The notes below the pieces were generated by a model, which was not told where the DNA came from, searched no databases, and saw nothing but the letters and a program-made list of their open reading frames with translations. A stretch of DNA of 34,290 bases from Candidatus Sumerlaeaceae bacterium (GTDB lineage Bacteria > Sumerlaeota > Sumerlaeia > Sumerlaeales > Sumerlaeaceae), in assembly GCA_051003195.1 (NCBI GenBank), contig JBPCLP010000054.1, positions 1-34,290 of the forward strand, written 5' to 3'. Both the position numbers and the translations under genes were made by a program. Below, one piece after another: positions 18,213 to 26,898 of this stretch. Within the stretch, counting starts at the first letter, position 1, and every line of letters begins with the position of its first letter.

Positions 18213-19467
18213 GCGGCGAGGTAGTTGCAGCTCCCTGCAACCCGGAAAAAGTTTCCGTCAGCTTGTTCACGTGATATCGAACGAATTCCCTTACGAGCAG
18301 GAAACGTTCGTTACGTTCGGGATGGGGGTTCTCCAGCACGAACTCATAAAGCGCTTCAACCTGCTGGCTGGTGCGCGTAAGGCTTAGCTCTTTCGCCCGC
18401 TCCAGTGCCGCTTCGCGGAAGCGCATGTGCAGCGAGTCATCTTCTAAAAGCTGCCGGCATCGCGCCACAAACCCGTTCAGATCACCCGCGTCGAGCAGGA
18501 AACCGTTGCGATCATTTTCAATCACATCGCGTACTCCCGGAGCATCCACAGCAACCACCGGACACCCGCCCGCCATTGCCTCCAGGACAACCATGCCCTG
18601 CGTTTCGGTGACTGATGCAAAAACGAACACGTCAGCGCTCTTGTATGCGCTTGGGACGTCCGTGCCCGTAAGCGCGCCCGTAAAATGAACCCGATTGGTC
18701 AGGTTGGCAGCCCGGGCCTGCTCTGTAAGTGCCTCAACCTGGTCGCCGGTGCCCACCAGCACAAAGTGTAGCTTCGGGACCTTTTGTGTCAATTGCGCGA
18801 ACGCATCCATCAGGAACTCGACATTTTTCTCTTTTGCCAGCCTGCTGAGAAATAGAAGGATTTTTTCATCCGTCGGAATAGCGAACTTTTCGCGGAGCCA
18901 CGTATTGGTGCCGCTACGAAATTGTTCCAGGTTTATTCCCGTCGGAATTACCCGGATCGGCACATCCACTCCCCTGCTTTCCAACTGCTGCTTGATGTCT
19001 GTCGAAGGCGCGATGACTGCGTCGCAGGAATTCGCGAACCGCGTTGCGATTCCGACTGCCATTTCTTTGACCATGTTGCTGTCCCACGGCAGGTAGTGCA
19101 CGTACTTCTCGTACTGGGTATGGTACGTAAACACGACCGGCAACTTTTCTGCCCGCGCAGCCCGCAGGCCCGCCATGCCCAGCAGGAACGGGTGGTGAAC
19201 GTGTACGATGTCCGCCTGCACATCGTTGAACGTCAGGTACGTGCTGAGCGCCAGCGGGATCGGCAGAACGAAGTTGCTCTCGTTGAAATTCTTGATCGAC
19301 CAGGTGCGAAACACATCGGCATCCTGTTCATCGTCGTCCCCATATTCGGGTGCGAAGATGTGCACGTGATGCCCACGTTCGCGCAGCGCATTGGCGAGAT
19401 TTTCGATCGCGATTGGAACCCCGCCAATGAACGGCTTGTAGTTGTTTGTGAAGAAGGCGACGTTCAT
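18184..19467 (-). CDS. Glycosyltransferase family 4 (diacylglycerol glucosyltransferase-like)
   Basis: MNVAFFTNNYKP.IGGV, HVHHPF..G, FTYHTQY, IPTGI, SRLAKEKN, FVFASVTETQGMVVLEAMA. Confidence 0.92.
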   Translation of the reverse strand: MNVAFFTNNYKPFIGGVPIAIENLANALRERGHHVHIFAPEYGDDDEQDADVFRTWSIKNFNESNFVLPIPLALSTYLTFNDVQADIVHVHHPFLLGMAGLRAARAEKLPVVFTYHTQYEKYVHYLPWDSNMVKEMAVGIATRFANSCDAVIAPSTDIKQQLESRGVDVPIRVIPTGINLEQFRSGTNTWLREKFAIPTDEKILLFLSRLAKEKNVEFLMDAFAQLTQKVPKLHFVLVGTGDQVEALTEQARAANLTNRVHFTGALTGTDVPSAYKSADVFVFASVTETQGMVVLEAMAGGCPVVAVDAPGVRDVIENDRNGFLLDAGDLNGFVARCRQLLEDDSLHMRFREAALERAKELSLTRTSQQVEALYEFVLENPHPERNERFLLVREFVRYHVNKLTETFSGLQGAATTSPLSVPEESGE

Positions 19468-19667
19468 AGTCCAGCAGACACGCAATCCAGCCGGAACTTG
19501 CATCGGGACGACATATAGCAGAGCAAAGTCTGCGCCACGCCCGCCTTGGCAACTTTATTTCGCGCTTCAGCGCAACGGACGAATGCAATGGCAAACAATT
19601 GGCTTTGTACCGTGCTGTCTTTTTGGCTGTACCCGCGCAATTTTCAGCCGGGATAGTTCACCACAAT

Positions 19668-22085
19668 ATGTTCATACTACGTTACATTGTTAATCATCTC
19701 AAACGCCACTACAAGGTGGAGCAGGGCCCCGAGTTCATCGAGGCGCTGCACCAGATTAATAAACCGTCGGAAGTCACCGTCCCCAACGAACTGATCCCTT
19801 CAGGCGTGCTCATCCAGTTGCGTGGATTATTTAATCTGCACACTCTCTCGATCAACAGCGACTGGATCTGGCCCTACTGGATGGAGCAGCAGGGCAATCC
19901 CAAAAGTTCCAGCTTTATCCCGCGCGCAATGAGCCTCGCCTGGATCAACCTCACACACCGTAACTGGACCGGCATCGGCGTTCTTGGCAGCACGCGCGAA
20001 GGAGTAGTCGATCCCAGGGGCATGGTCACCCCATGGATGCAGGGGTGGAGCCTCGACACATGGATCCGTCGTGGTAACAACTGCGTGTTTCCTTCGCGCC
20101 TTCGCGACGCCGATGTGCAACAGATACTGCGCGAGAACATGCCTTTCATCCAGACGCGTTTTATGGCGGGCGACCTTGGCGTCGAGGAAGAAGCGTGGTG
20201 TTTCCGCAACGACAACCTCGACTACGCGGTTCACGAAGTTCACCTCCACAACCCCACTCGTCAGCTGATCACCATCGACCTGGTGTTCGCCGTCCGACCT
20301 GCAAACCCGGAAGGCCTCAGCCTTATCAACAACATCGTGTACAATACCAGGGGCTTCTGGAACATCGACAACAGTCTGGCGCTTTATTTCGTCGAGAAGC
20401 CGGACCGCGTGCTCGCGTCCTCGCACACACGCGGCGATGTGTCACTGCACCTGGATGAGGAATGGGATGATAACTCGGTGCATGATCCCGCTGGCCTCGC
20501 AACGGCCGCCAGTATTTACCGGCTGACGATCCAGCCCGGCGAAACTGCCACCCGCTATGCGATCATGCCGCTTGAGCCATCCAATCCCCGCTTCTTCCCT
20601 CTCGGGCGATTCACACCCGAGTTCCTGGAAAACGCCAAGCAGGAGACTCTGTTGCAGTGGCGCGACAAGCTGGGCGAGGGCGTCACGATGGATCTTCCGG
20701 ACGAGCGCTACCAGGCCTGCTTCGACGCGAACCGGGCGTTCCTGCTGCTGCTCAATGACGGCCACGAGATCACCGCCGGACCGCTTACCTACCACCGCCA
20801 CTGGTTCCGCGATGCCGCTTACATGCTTAACGCGCTAAACAAGATCGGCTATGGCCCCGAGGTCGCCAGGAACCTGGAGTTTATCCCGCTCAAACAGTGG
20901 AAGAACGGCTACTTCTGCTCACAAAAGGGCGAGTGGGACAGCAACGGCGAAGCCATCTGGACTATTGTCGAGCACTGGCGCCTGACGGGCGACATCGAAA
21001 CCCTTCGCCAACTGTACCCGTCGATACGGCGCGCTGCACTGTGGATCGAAAAGAAGCGCCACGACGTCACCGTCACCAAACAGAAACCACGCGGGCTGCT
21101 GCCAGCGGGCTTTAGCGCGGAGCACCTGGGACCCAATGACTACTACTACTGGGACAACTTCTGGTGTCTGCGCGGCATGTTCGACGCGGCAGATGCCGCC
21201 CTGGCCCTCGGCTTCGAGAAAGATCACAAGGTGCTGCTGGAACTCGCGCAGAATTACCTGCGCGACCTGGAGCAGGCAATGAACCGCGACATCGAACATA
21301 GCAAATCACGCGCGCTGCCCGCCGCGCCAGGCCGCCGTCCGGACGCCGGGATGATCGGCAACATTGCGGCCGCCTACCCGCTTAAGCTGTTCCGGCCAGA
21401 GGACACCCCCTGGCTGCGTAATACGATCGAGTTCATCCGCGACCACCTGTTCCACGACGAAGGTTTCTACCAGCAGATGATCCACAGCGGCGTGAATAGC
21501 TACCTCACGTTGCAGATGGCGCAGTGCATGCTTCTCTCGGGTGACATCGGCGCGTACAAGCTGATCGACTACATGCTCAAGCTGGCTACGTCGACCTGGT
21601 GCTGGCCCGAAGCGATCCATCCCCGCACGTTCGGCGGGTGCATGGGTGATGGCCACCATGGGTGGGCGGCCAGCGAGTGGCTGCTGATGATGCGTAATCT
21701 CGTGATTCATGAGCAGGGAGATGTTCTGCAGGTGACCCGGCTGCTGCCCGCGGAGTGGTGCCACCCGGGCCAGCGCGTCGCGATTAACAATGCTCCTACC
21801 TATTTTGGTGATGTCAGCGTCGCCGTGGATTTCGCGCATGAGAGCGAGACCCTGACCATTACCGCGAACTGGCGCAGGCAGCCCAAGGAAATCCACTGGT
21901 TCCTGCCCGCCGAAGGCCGCCGGGTGGTCGGCGATTATGGCAATCGTGTGCGCCTGCACGGTACCATGGCGTTTGTTGACCCATCGATCACGCATCTGAA
22001 GCTGGAAGTGGACCTCGAGCATGCGCATAGCATCGCGGAAGGCGACGTTCCAGGACTGGAAGAAATGCCACAGGGAGCCACTTAA
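19668..22085 (+). CDS. Putative (alpha/alpha)6-barrel glycoside hydrolase
   Basis: N-terminal beta-sandwich, then WFRDAAY, GEWDSNGEAIW, LYPSIRRAALWI, AEH...YYYWDNFW, WPEA, GDGHHGWA. Start placed at ATG 19668; exact GH family not determined. Confidence 0.75.
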   Translation: MFILRYIVNHLKRHYKVEQGPEFIEALHQINKPSEVTVPNELIPSGVLIQLRGLFNLHTLSINSDWIWPYWMEQQGNPKSSSFIPRAMSLAWINLTHRNWTGIGVLGSTREGVVDPRGMVTPWMQGWSLDTWIRRGNNCVFPSRLRDADVQQILRENMPFIQTRFMAGDLGVEEEAWCFRNDNLDYAVHEVHLHNPTRQLITIDLVFAVRPANPEGLSLINNIVYNTRGFWNIDNSLALYFVEKPDRVLASSHTRGDVSLHLDEEWDDNSVHDPAGLATAASIYRLTIQPGETATRYAIMPLEPSNPRFFPLGRFTPEFLENAKQETLLQWRDKLGEGVTMDLPDERYQACFDANRAFLLLLNDGHEITAGPLTYHRHWFRDAAYMLNALNKIGYGPEVARNLEFIPLKQWKNGYFCSQKGEWDSNGEAIWTIVEHWRLTGDIETLRQLYPSIRRAALWIEKKRHDVTVTKQKPRGLLPAGFSAEHLGPNDYYYWDNFWCLRGMFDAADAALALGFEKDHKVLLELAQNYLRDLEQAMNRDIEHSKSRALPAAPGRRPDAGMIGNIAAAYPLKLFRPEDTPWLRNTIEFIRDHLFHDEGFYQQMIHSGVNSYLTLQMAQCMLLSGDIGAYKLIDYMLKLATSTWCWPEAIHPRTFGGCMGDGHHGWAASEWLLMMRNLVIHEQGDVLQVTRLLPAEWCHPGQRVAINNAPTYFGDVSVAVDFAHESETLTITANWRRQPKEIHWFLPAEGRRVVGDYGNRVRLHGTMAFVDPSITHLKLEVDLEHAHSIAEGDVPGLEEMPQGAT

Positions 22086-22243
22086 TCTCGGCCTGACCAT
22101 ATTGGACAAACGGGAGCCGTTTCGCAGTCGCAGTTCTGAAGACCCTGCGCCACCAAACTGGCATTTGACACGCCTGTGGTGGGCCCCGGAATCGCTCGTG
22201 AGACTATGATTCGCTGCGATTGCCGTGGCAAAAGGGATGCACA

Positions 22244-23398
22244 TTGCTAAAGAAGAATTACATTTACGCGCCGGGGCCGGTGACGGTTCCGCCTGAGGTG
22301 CTGGCGGCTACAGCCAGGCCGGTGATTCACCATCGCTCGCCGGATTTCGATCCGCTGTTTCGCAAAGTCAGCGAGAACCTGAAAACGGTATTCCAAACCA
22401 AATCACCAGTGGTAATCCTGGCATCGTCAGGAACCGGAGCTTTCGAGGCGGCGCTGACGAGCACGGCGAGCCCAGGGGATCGTGTGCTGAGTGTCGAAGG
22501 CGGGAAGTTTGGGCAACGCTGGGGCCTCATGGGCCAGGCGTTTGGACTTAACGTCGATCGTTATGAACATGAGTGGGGGACGTCCCCCGATGTAAACGTC
22601 GTTGCAGAACGGCTGAAAGCGAACCCCGGTACGAAAGCGCTTTATGTGACGTTGTGCGAGACGAGCGCGGGCTCACTGTCGGATATCAAGTCGATCGCCC
22701 GGCTGACGAAGGGTACGGACACCGTCCTGATTGTCGATGGCGTGAGCGGACTCGCGGCGGATGAACTGCGCACGGACGACTGGGGCGTGGACATGGTGGT
22801 GACAGGCAGCCAGAAGGGGCTGATGCTGCCACCCGGGCTGGGGTTTGTATCCGCGAACGAGAAAGCGCAGGCGGCGATTAAGAACGCGAAGACACCCCAA
22901 TTCTATTTCTCGCTGGCGAAGGCGCTGAAGCAGCTCGCAGCGAATACGACACCATTCACGCCCGCGGTCAACTTGATCTACGGGTTAGAGGTCGCGACAG
23001 ACATGCTGATTTCAGAGGGCATGGAGAACGTCTGGAAGCGCCATGCTTTCCTGGCGGAGGGCGCCCGGCGCGCGATGCAGGCCATCGGGTGCGACGTGTT
23101 TGCAAAGAGCCCGGCAAACACAGTAACGACGGTTGCGGTGCCGACAGGTGTTGAGGGTGGAAAAATCGTTAAGATTCTACGCGAGAAGTACGGGATGATC
23201 ATCGCGGGAGGACAGGATCACCTGAAGGGAAAAATCTTCCGGTTCGCGACGCTTGGATGGTATAATAACTACGATGTGGTGACGATTGTGCAGGCGGTGG
23301 AGGAAACCCTGGCTGAACTGGGGCATAAATTCGAGCGTGGTGCAGGGGTTCGCGCTGCAATGGAGTGGTTTGCCACCGCTAGTGTGCCGAATGGGTAG
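22244..23398 (+). CDS. Class V aminotransferase (alanine-glyoxylate/serine-pyruvate type)
   Basis: APGPV, HHRSPDF, SSGTGAFEA, GKFGQRW, ETS.G, VDGVS, GSQKGLMLPPG (PLP lysine), TPFTP, AGGQ..LKGKIFR. Probable TTG start after AAGGGA. Confidence 0.93.
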   Translation: MLKKNYIYAPGPVTVPPEVLAATARPVIHHRSPDFDPLFRKVSENLKTVFQTKSPVVILASSGTGAFEAALTSTASPGDRVLSVEGGKFGQRWGLMGQAFGLNVDRYEHEWGTSPDVNVVAERLKANPGTKALYVTLCETSAGSLSDIKSIARLTKGTDTVLIVDGVSGLAADELRTDDWGVDMVVTGSQKGLMLPPGLGFVSANEKAQAAIKNAKTPQFYFSLAKALKQLAANTTPFTPAVNLIYGLEVATDMLISEGMENVWKRHAFLAEGARRAMQAIGCDVFAKSPANTVTTVAVPTGVEGGKIVKILREKYGMIIAGGQDHLKGKIFRFATLGWYNNYDVVTIVQAVEETLAELGHKFERGAGVRAAMEWFATASVPNG

Positions 23399-23476
23399 TT
23401 CTTTACCGGACCAGAAGCAAACTTACCCCAGATTCGGCACACAGAACAGATTACAAACTAACGGTAGACCATACCA
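23382..23476. repeat. Dispersed hairpin-plus-tail repeat, copy 2
   Basis: GTGTGCCGAAT/ATTCGGCACAC 11-bp inverted repeat, and tail ACAAACTAACGGTAGACCATACCA similar to 11565-11588. Confidence 0.8.
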
Positions 23477-23529
23477 GTTACAGGCTCGGGAGGGTGAATA
23501 ACCTGCTCCCCTGCCAATAGAATGTCGCT

Positions 23530-23702
23530 GGCCGGGAGACCGGCCATGGGAAGAAGAGATGCAGCATTTCTCTCACCCCGGTGCCGCCATGGCGTGTGTC
23601 CGGGGTTCCGAAAGCACTCATTTGGGAGTGCAACTGGCCCGCCTGCAATGGGGCGCAAGTTTCGGATCGGGGAAGAGCTGTATGCTCCTCCCCGATTTTT
23701 TT
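23530..23702 (+). promoter_or_regulatory. Structured leader of infC-rpmI-rplT, probable L20 leader/attenuator
   Basis: Successive hairpins; AAG-AGA...TCT-CACC...GG core resembling my recollection of the Bacillus L20 leader; ends in an intrinsic terminator; TAGAAT -10-like box at 23518-23523. Confidence 0.65.
23666..23702 (+). terminator. Intrinsic terminator (attenuator) upstream of infC
   Basis: ATCGGGGAAGAGC-TGTAT-GCTCCTCCCCGAT followed by a T-run. Confidence 0.85.
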
Positions 23703-23788
23703 ATTTGTGTTCGCGGGGCCGGTTTGCTGGTTTCATCGGCGTTATCGTCCTGCGGGGACAAACTTCGGAAGATGGAGGCAACGCCAAC

Positions 23789-24298
23789 ATTAAGGACAAC
23801 ATTCGCGTAAACCAGGAAATCCGCGCTCGTGAAGTGCGGTTGATCGACGCCGAGAATCAGCAAGTGGGCGTGGTCGCAATCCTAGATGCTCTACGCATGG
23901 CTGAAGAAGCCGAGCTCGACCTGGTCGAGGTCGCACCAGAAGCCAAGCCGCCGGTTTGTAAAATCATCGATTATAAAAAGGTGATTTACGAACAGAAGCG
24001 CAGAGCCCGCGATTCCAAGAAACGTCAGAAGACGATCGAGGTGAAGGAAGTCAAGATGCGGCCTTCGATCGACAAGCACGACTACGAGACCAAGATCAAT
24101 CACGCGAAGCAGTTTCTCGCGGACGGTAACAAGGTCAAGGTGACCTTCACCTATAAAGGCCGCGAGCGGACGCACCAGGACAGAGCTCAGAAGCTGCTGG
24201 AGCAGATATTGAAGGACCTCGATGAAGTGGCATTGCAGGAGTCGATTAACCGGGTCGGGCCAAACCTGAGCGGGTTAATCCTGACGAGGAAACGTTGA
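23789..24298 (+). CDS. infC: Translation initiation factor IF-3 (AUU start)
   Basis: RVNQEIRAREVRLI, LDLVEVAP.AKPPVCKIIDY, VKEVKMRP.I..HD, KVKV...KGRE. In-frame ATT at 23789 follows GGAGG at 23774-23778. Confidence 0.96.
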   Translation: MKDNIRVNQEIRAREVRLIDAENQQVGVVAILDALRMAEEAELDLVEVAPEAKPPVCKIIDYKKVIYEQKRRARDSKKRQKTIEVKEVKMRPSIDKHDYETKINHAKQFLADGNKVKVTFTYKGRERTHQDRAQKLLEQILKDLDEVALQESINRVGPNLSGLILTRKR

Positions 24299-24392
24299 GC
24301 GTTAATTCGAGCAACTGCCCCGACCGGGTAGTGATGAACAGTTAAAAAACGGCCGACAAAACAACGGCCGCAGACGAGGATGGGTACCGCAG

Positions 24393-24590
24393 ATGCCAAA
24401 AATTAAGACCAACCGGGGCGCAGCGAAGCGGTTTTCGCTGACGGCGAACGGCAAGGTGAAACGTAAGAAGGCTTTCAAAAGCCATATTCTCACGAAGAAG
24501 TCGACCAAGCGTAAGCGTCAGTTGCGCGGGGCAGGTTACGTCCCTGAGGTCGAGGCAAAAAACATTAAGAAGATGATCCCGTATAAGTAG
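24393..24590 (+). CDS. rpmI: 50S ribosomal protein L35
   Basis: [39 protein letters not shown]. Confidence 0.98.
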   Translation: MPKIKTNRGAAKRFSLTANGKVKRKKAFKSHILTKKSTKRKRQLRGAGYVPEVEAKNIKKMIPYK

Positions 24591-24663
24591 AACGGGAGGC
24601 AGTTCCGCCGGCCCGTGAGCGAATCCGGGTTAACGAGTTTCAAGTTTCATAAGGAGTGATAGC

Positions 24664-25044
24664 ATGCCACGCGCAACAAACAATCCGGCGTCTCGCCGCC
24701 GCCGGAAGAAGGTTTTAGACAGGGCGAAGGGTTATTATAGCGGACGGCGCAAGCTGTTCCAGAATGCGAACGAGACCGTAAAGCGTGCTCTTGTATACGC
24801 CTACCGCGATCGCAAGGTGCGCAAGCGGGACTTCCGGCAATTGTGGATCGCGCGCATTAACGCTGCGACCCGCGCGGCGGACCTGCCCTACAGCAAGTTC
24901 ATGGCTGGTCTGCGCATCGCCGGCATTGATGTGGATCGCAAGATTCTCGCGGAACTGGCCGTCAGTGATGCGGCTGCGTTCAATCAATACGTGCAGCTTG
25001 CGAAGGACGCTCTGGCGAAACAGCCGGCAGGGGCCGCGAAGTAA
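24664..25044 (+). CDS. rplT: 50S ribosomal protein L20
   Basis: MPRA...[55 protein letters not shown]. Confidence 0.98.
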   Translation: MPRATNNPASRRRRKKVLDRAKGYYSGRRKLFQNANETVKRALVYAYRDRKVRKRDFRQLWIARINAATRAADLPYSKFMAGLRIAGIDVDRKILAELAVSDAAAFNQYVQLAKDALAKQPAGAAK

Positions 25045-25070
25045 TTTAGAAAAGTAAAGACATGTATAGT

Positions 25071-25105
25071 AAACCGCGTCGGGTGGAGTGCCTGGCGCGG
25101 TTTTT
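25071..25105. terminator. Terminator after rplT, probably bidirectional
   Basis: AAACCGCGTCGGG-TGGAGTG-CCTGGCGCGGTTTTT between convergent genes. Confidence 0.8.
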
Positions 25106-25107
25106 CT

Positions 25108-25965
25108 TTACCGGTATAGTTGCCAGTCATTGGCGGCTGTGGGTGGGATAAAGATGGTGAGGCTGAGCGCGTTGGTGGTGGCGGTGCCGCGCTGCATGAC
25201 AAGCGCCGCGGAGCCTTGGGTGGCCGGCGGTAGCGTAAGGGCGATTTCGCGCGATGACCAGGATGTGATGTTCGTAAGTTCCTGGACGCCCCACATTACT
25301 TTCGCCCCTGATTGAGTGGCGCCGAGATTGACCCCGCGCATCACAATCGGACTGTTTGCTGGTGCCGTAAGTGTCGTGGTGCTCGCGCTCGTTGCGCTGC
25401 GGGCGCTCGAAAGGGCGGTGATGGTGATTCCGCCGCCAAACTGGTAGGTCACGTCATCGCTGCTTTTGACCCCGTCCGACCCAAGGCTCACCAGTGTATA
25501 TTGATCGAAGGTGTCGGCGTAATGTTCGAGCGTCACGGTGCCCGTGTCGCCACGCAGCCGACCCAGCGGTGAGAACAGGTAATACGGCCCGCCCCATAAA
25601 TCGAGCGGCGAACCCTGGTCGTAGGGAGTGGTCGCGGTCTGGGTACGGGCCGGCTGGTAATTGAGGTAAGGTCCCTCCCAATTGTTGAAGGCCGTAATCA
25701 GATTCTGGCGCGTGGGCTTAAAATACCCCCAGTCCGGTACAATGACGAACGTGCCGCCCTGATCATTGAGGTAGTTGTAAGTGGGGGTCGAAGTCGAATT
25801 GCCGGTATCGTTCAGTGCTTCGGGTGACACGTAGTACGTCGTATCAATCAGGCAGGTATCGAGCCCTTGCGCAATCGTCTGCATCTCGGAAAGTGTGATG
25901 GCCGACTGCGCGCTCACATGCGCCGTACATGAGGCGATTATGACAACAAGCGGGGCGCGTATCAT
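25108..25965 (-). CDS. Secreted protein: GspG/pseudopilin-like domain + IPT/TIG-like domain + C-terminal DWxLY motif
   Basis: Signal peptide (AHVSA-Q); DLWGGPYYL...YTLVSLGSDG..SSDD; GVNLGATQ..AKVMW.....ITSWSSREI..TLP; ends TAANDWQLYR. Confidence 0.7.
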   Translation of the reverse strand: MIRAPLVVIIASCTAHVSAQSAITLSEMQTIAQGLDTCLIDTTYYVSPEALNDTGNSTSTPTYNYLNDQGGTFVIVPDWGYFKPTRQNLITAFNNWEGPYLNYQPARTQTATTPYDQGSPLDLWGGPYYLFSPLGRLRGDTGTVTLEHYADTFDQYTLVSLGSDGVKSSDDVTYQFGGGITITALSSARSATSASTTTLTAPANSPIVMRGVNLGATQSGAKVMWGVQELTNITSWSSREIALTLPPATQGSAALVMQRGTATTNALSLTIFIPPTAANDWQLYR

Positions 25966-26106
25966 TTGTGTAAGGTATAGAACACTTTTGCTCGAGTGGG
26001 CTTCATTCCGGATGGAGGCGATTGTGCACTCGCATGCGGGACCGGCATACCATGGTTAGCCCAGGTTAAGGTATGTACTCCAAAGGGACAACTAAAGTAT
26101 CCAAAT

Positions 26107-26898
26107 TCAGGCTGGTTCGACTTCGAGTAGGTGAACGGCGGCAGCTGCGTCGAGGAGCCAGATAGTGGAACCGGTTCGGCGCGTGGCCAGCTGTGTCGGC
26201 AGCTGTCTTGGATTGAACGGGCCACGCAACACCTGATGAAGAGTATCAGCCTTATCGGCGCCGCACACCAGAAGCATCACGCGCTCAGCGGACTGCACGG
26301 TTGCCGGTGTGACCGTAAAACGGAACGCGCCAAGCTTTTCGACAGGGTTCGCGCTAAACACGTGTGTAGAATCCTCAAGTGCAGGACTACCCGGAAACAG
26401 CGAGGCGGTGTGGCCATCAACTCCCATTCCGAGTAACAGAAGATCAAAGGACGGCACCGGCTCCACAGATCGTCCAAGCTGCGAGAATGTGCCGCGAATC
26501 TCAGCTTCGTAAAGTCGAGCGGTCTCGACAGGATCTTGGAGCTCGACTGCAACGCGGTGGATGTTCGCGGCTGGCGTTGGTGATTTCGAAAGCATGGCTT
26601 CGTTTGCCATACGGTAATTGCTGTCCGGTGAATCGAGCGCAACATGGCGTTCGTCGCTCCAAAACCAGTGAGTTTGCCACCATGGCATGCCCACGTGCAG
26701 TTCTTCGTCTTTGGTGAGGAGCTCGTACATCGCTTTAGGCGTGCTGCCACCCGAAAGCGCCACGATGAACGTACCCAACTGCGCAACGCACTGCTGCGCC
26801 ACGTGCACCATCTCCTGAGCCGCTCTGCGAGTGACCGCGGCGGGATCGGGAAGAACGACCACCCCCGCTGGAAGCTTCAGCAATCCGGCGTCCACCAC
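26107..26898 (-). CDS. pgl: 6-phosphogluconolactonase
   Basis: ALSGGSTP, FWSDERHV...SPDSNY, FDLLLLGMG.DGHTASLFP, G.DKA. Confidence 0.96.
   Translation of the reverse strand: MVDAGLLKLPAGVVVLPDPAAVTRRAAQEMVHVAQQCVAQLGTFIVALSGGSTPKAMYELLTKDEELHVGMPWWQTHWFWSDERHVALDSPDSNYRMANEAMLSKSPTPAANIHRVAVELQDPVETARLYEAEIRGTFSQLGRSVEPVPSFDLLLLGMGVDGHTASLFPGSPALEDSTHVFSANPVEKLGAFRFTVTPATVQSAERVMLLVCGADKADTLHQVLRGPFNPRQLPTQLATRRTGSTIWLLDAAAAVHLLEVEPA

Noticed and set aside
22086..22243. Riboswitch (glycine or ZTP) upstream of the aminotransferase
   Set aside because: Only small hairpins are present and the conserved aptamer motifs were not found.
21306..22244. 312-aa - strand ORF
   Set aside because: Antisense shadow of the glycoside hydrolase in GC-rich sequence.
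11494..23476. The two repeats as CRISPR repeats or as att sites of a 12-kb island
   Set aside because: Only two diverged copies far apart, no cas or integrase gene, and the enclosed DNA includes the core gene miaB.
23530..23702. 6S RNA or SRP RNA
   Set aside because: Folds as several local hairpins rather than one long rod and lacks the SRP CAGG..GGAA..AGCAG motif.
23522..23788. 89-aa N-terminal extension of IF-3 in the ORF track
   Set aside because: It runs through a structured leader and terminator; the GGAGG + ATT start at 23789 explains the gene.
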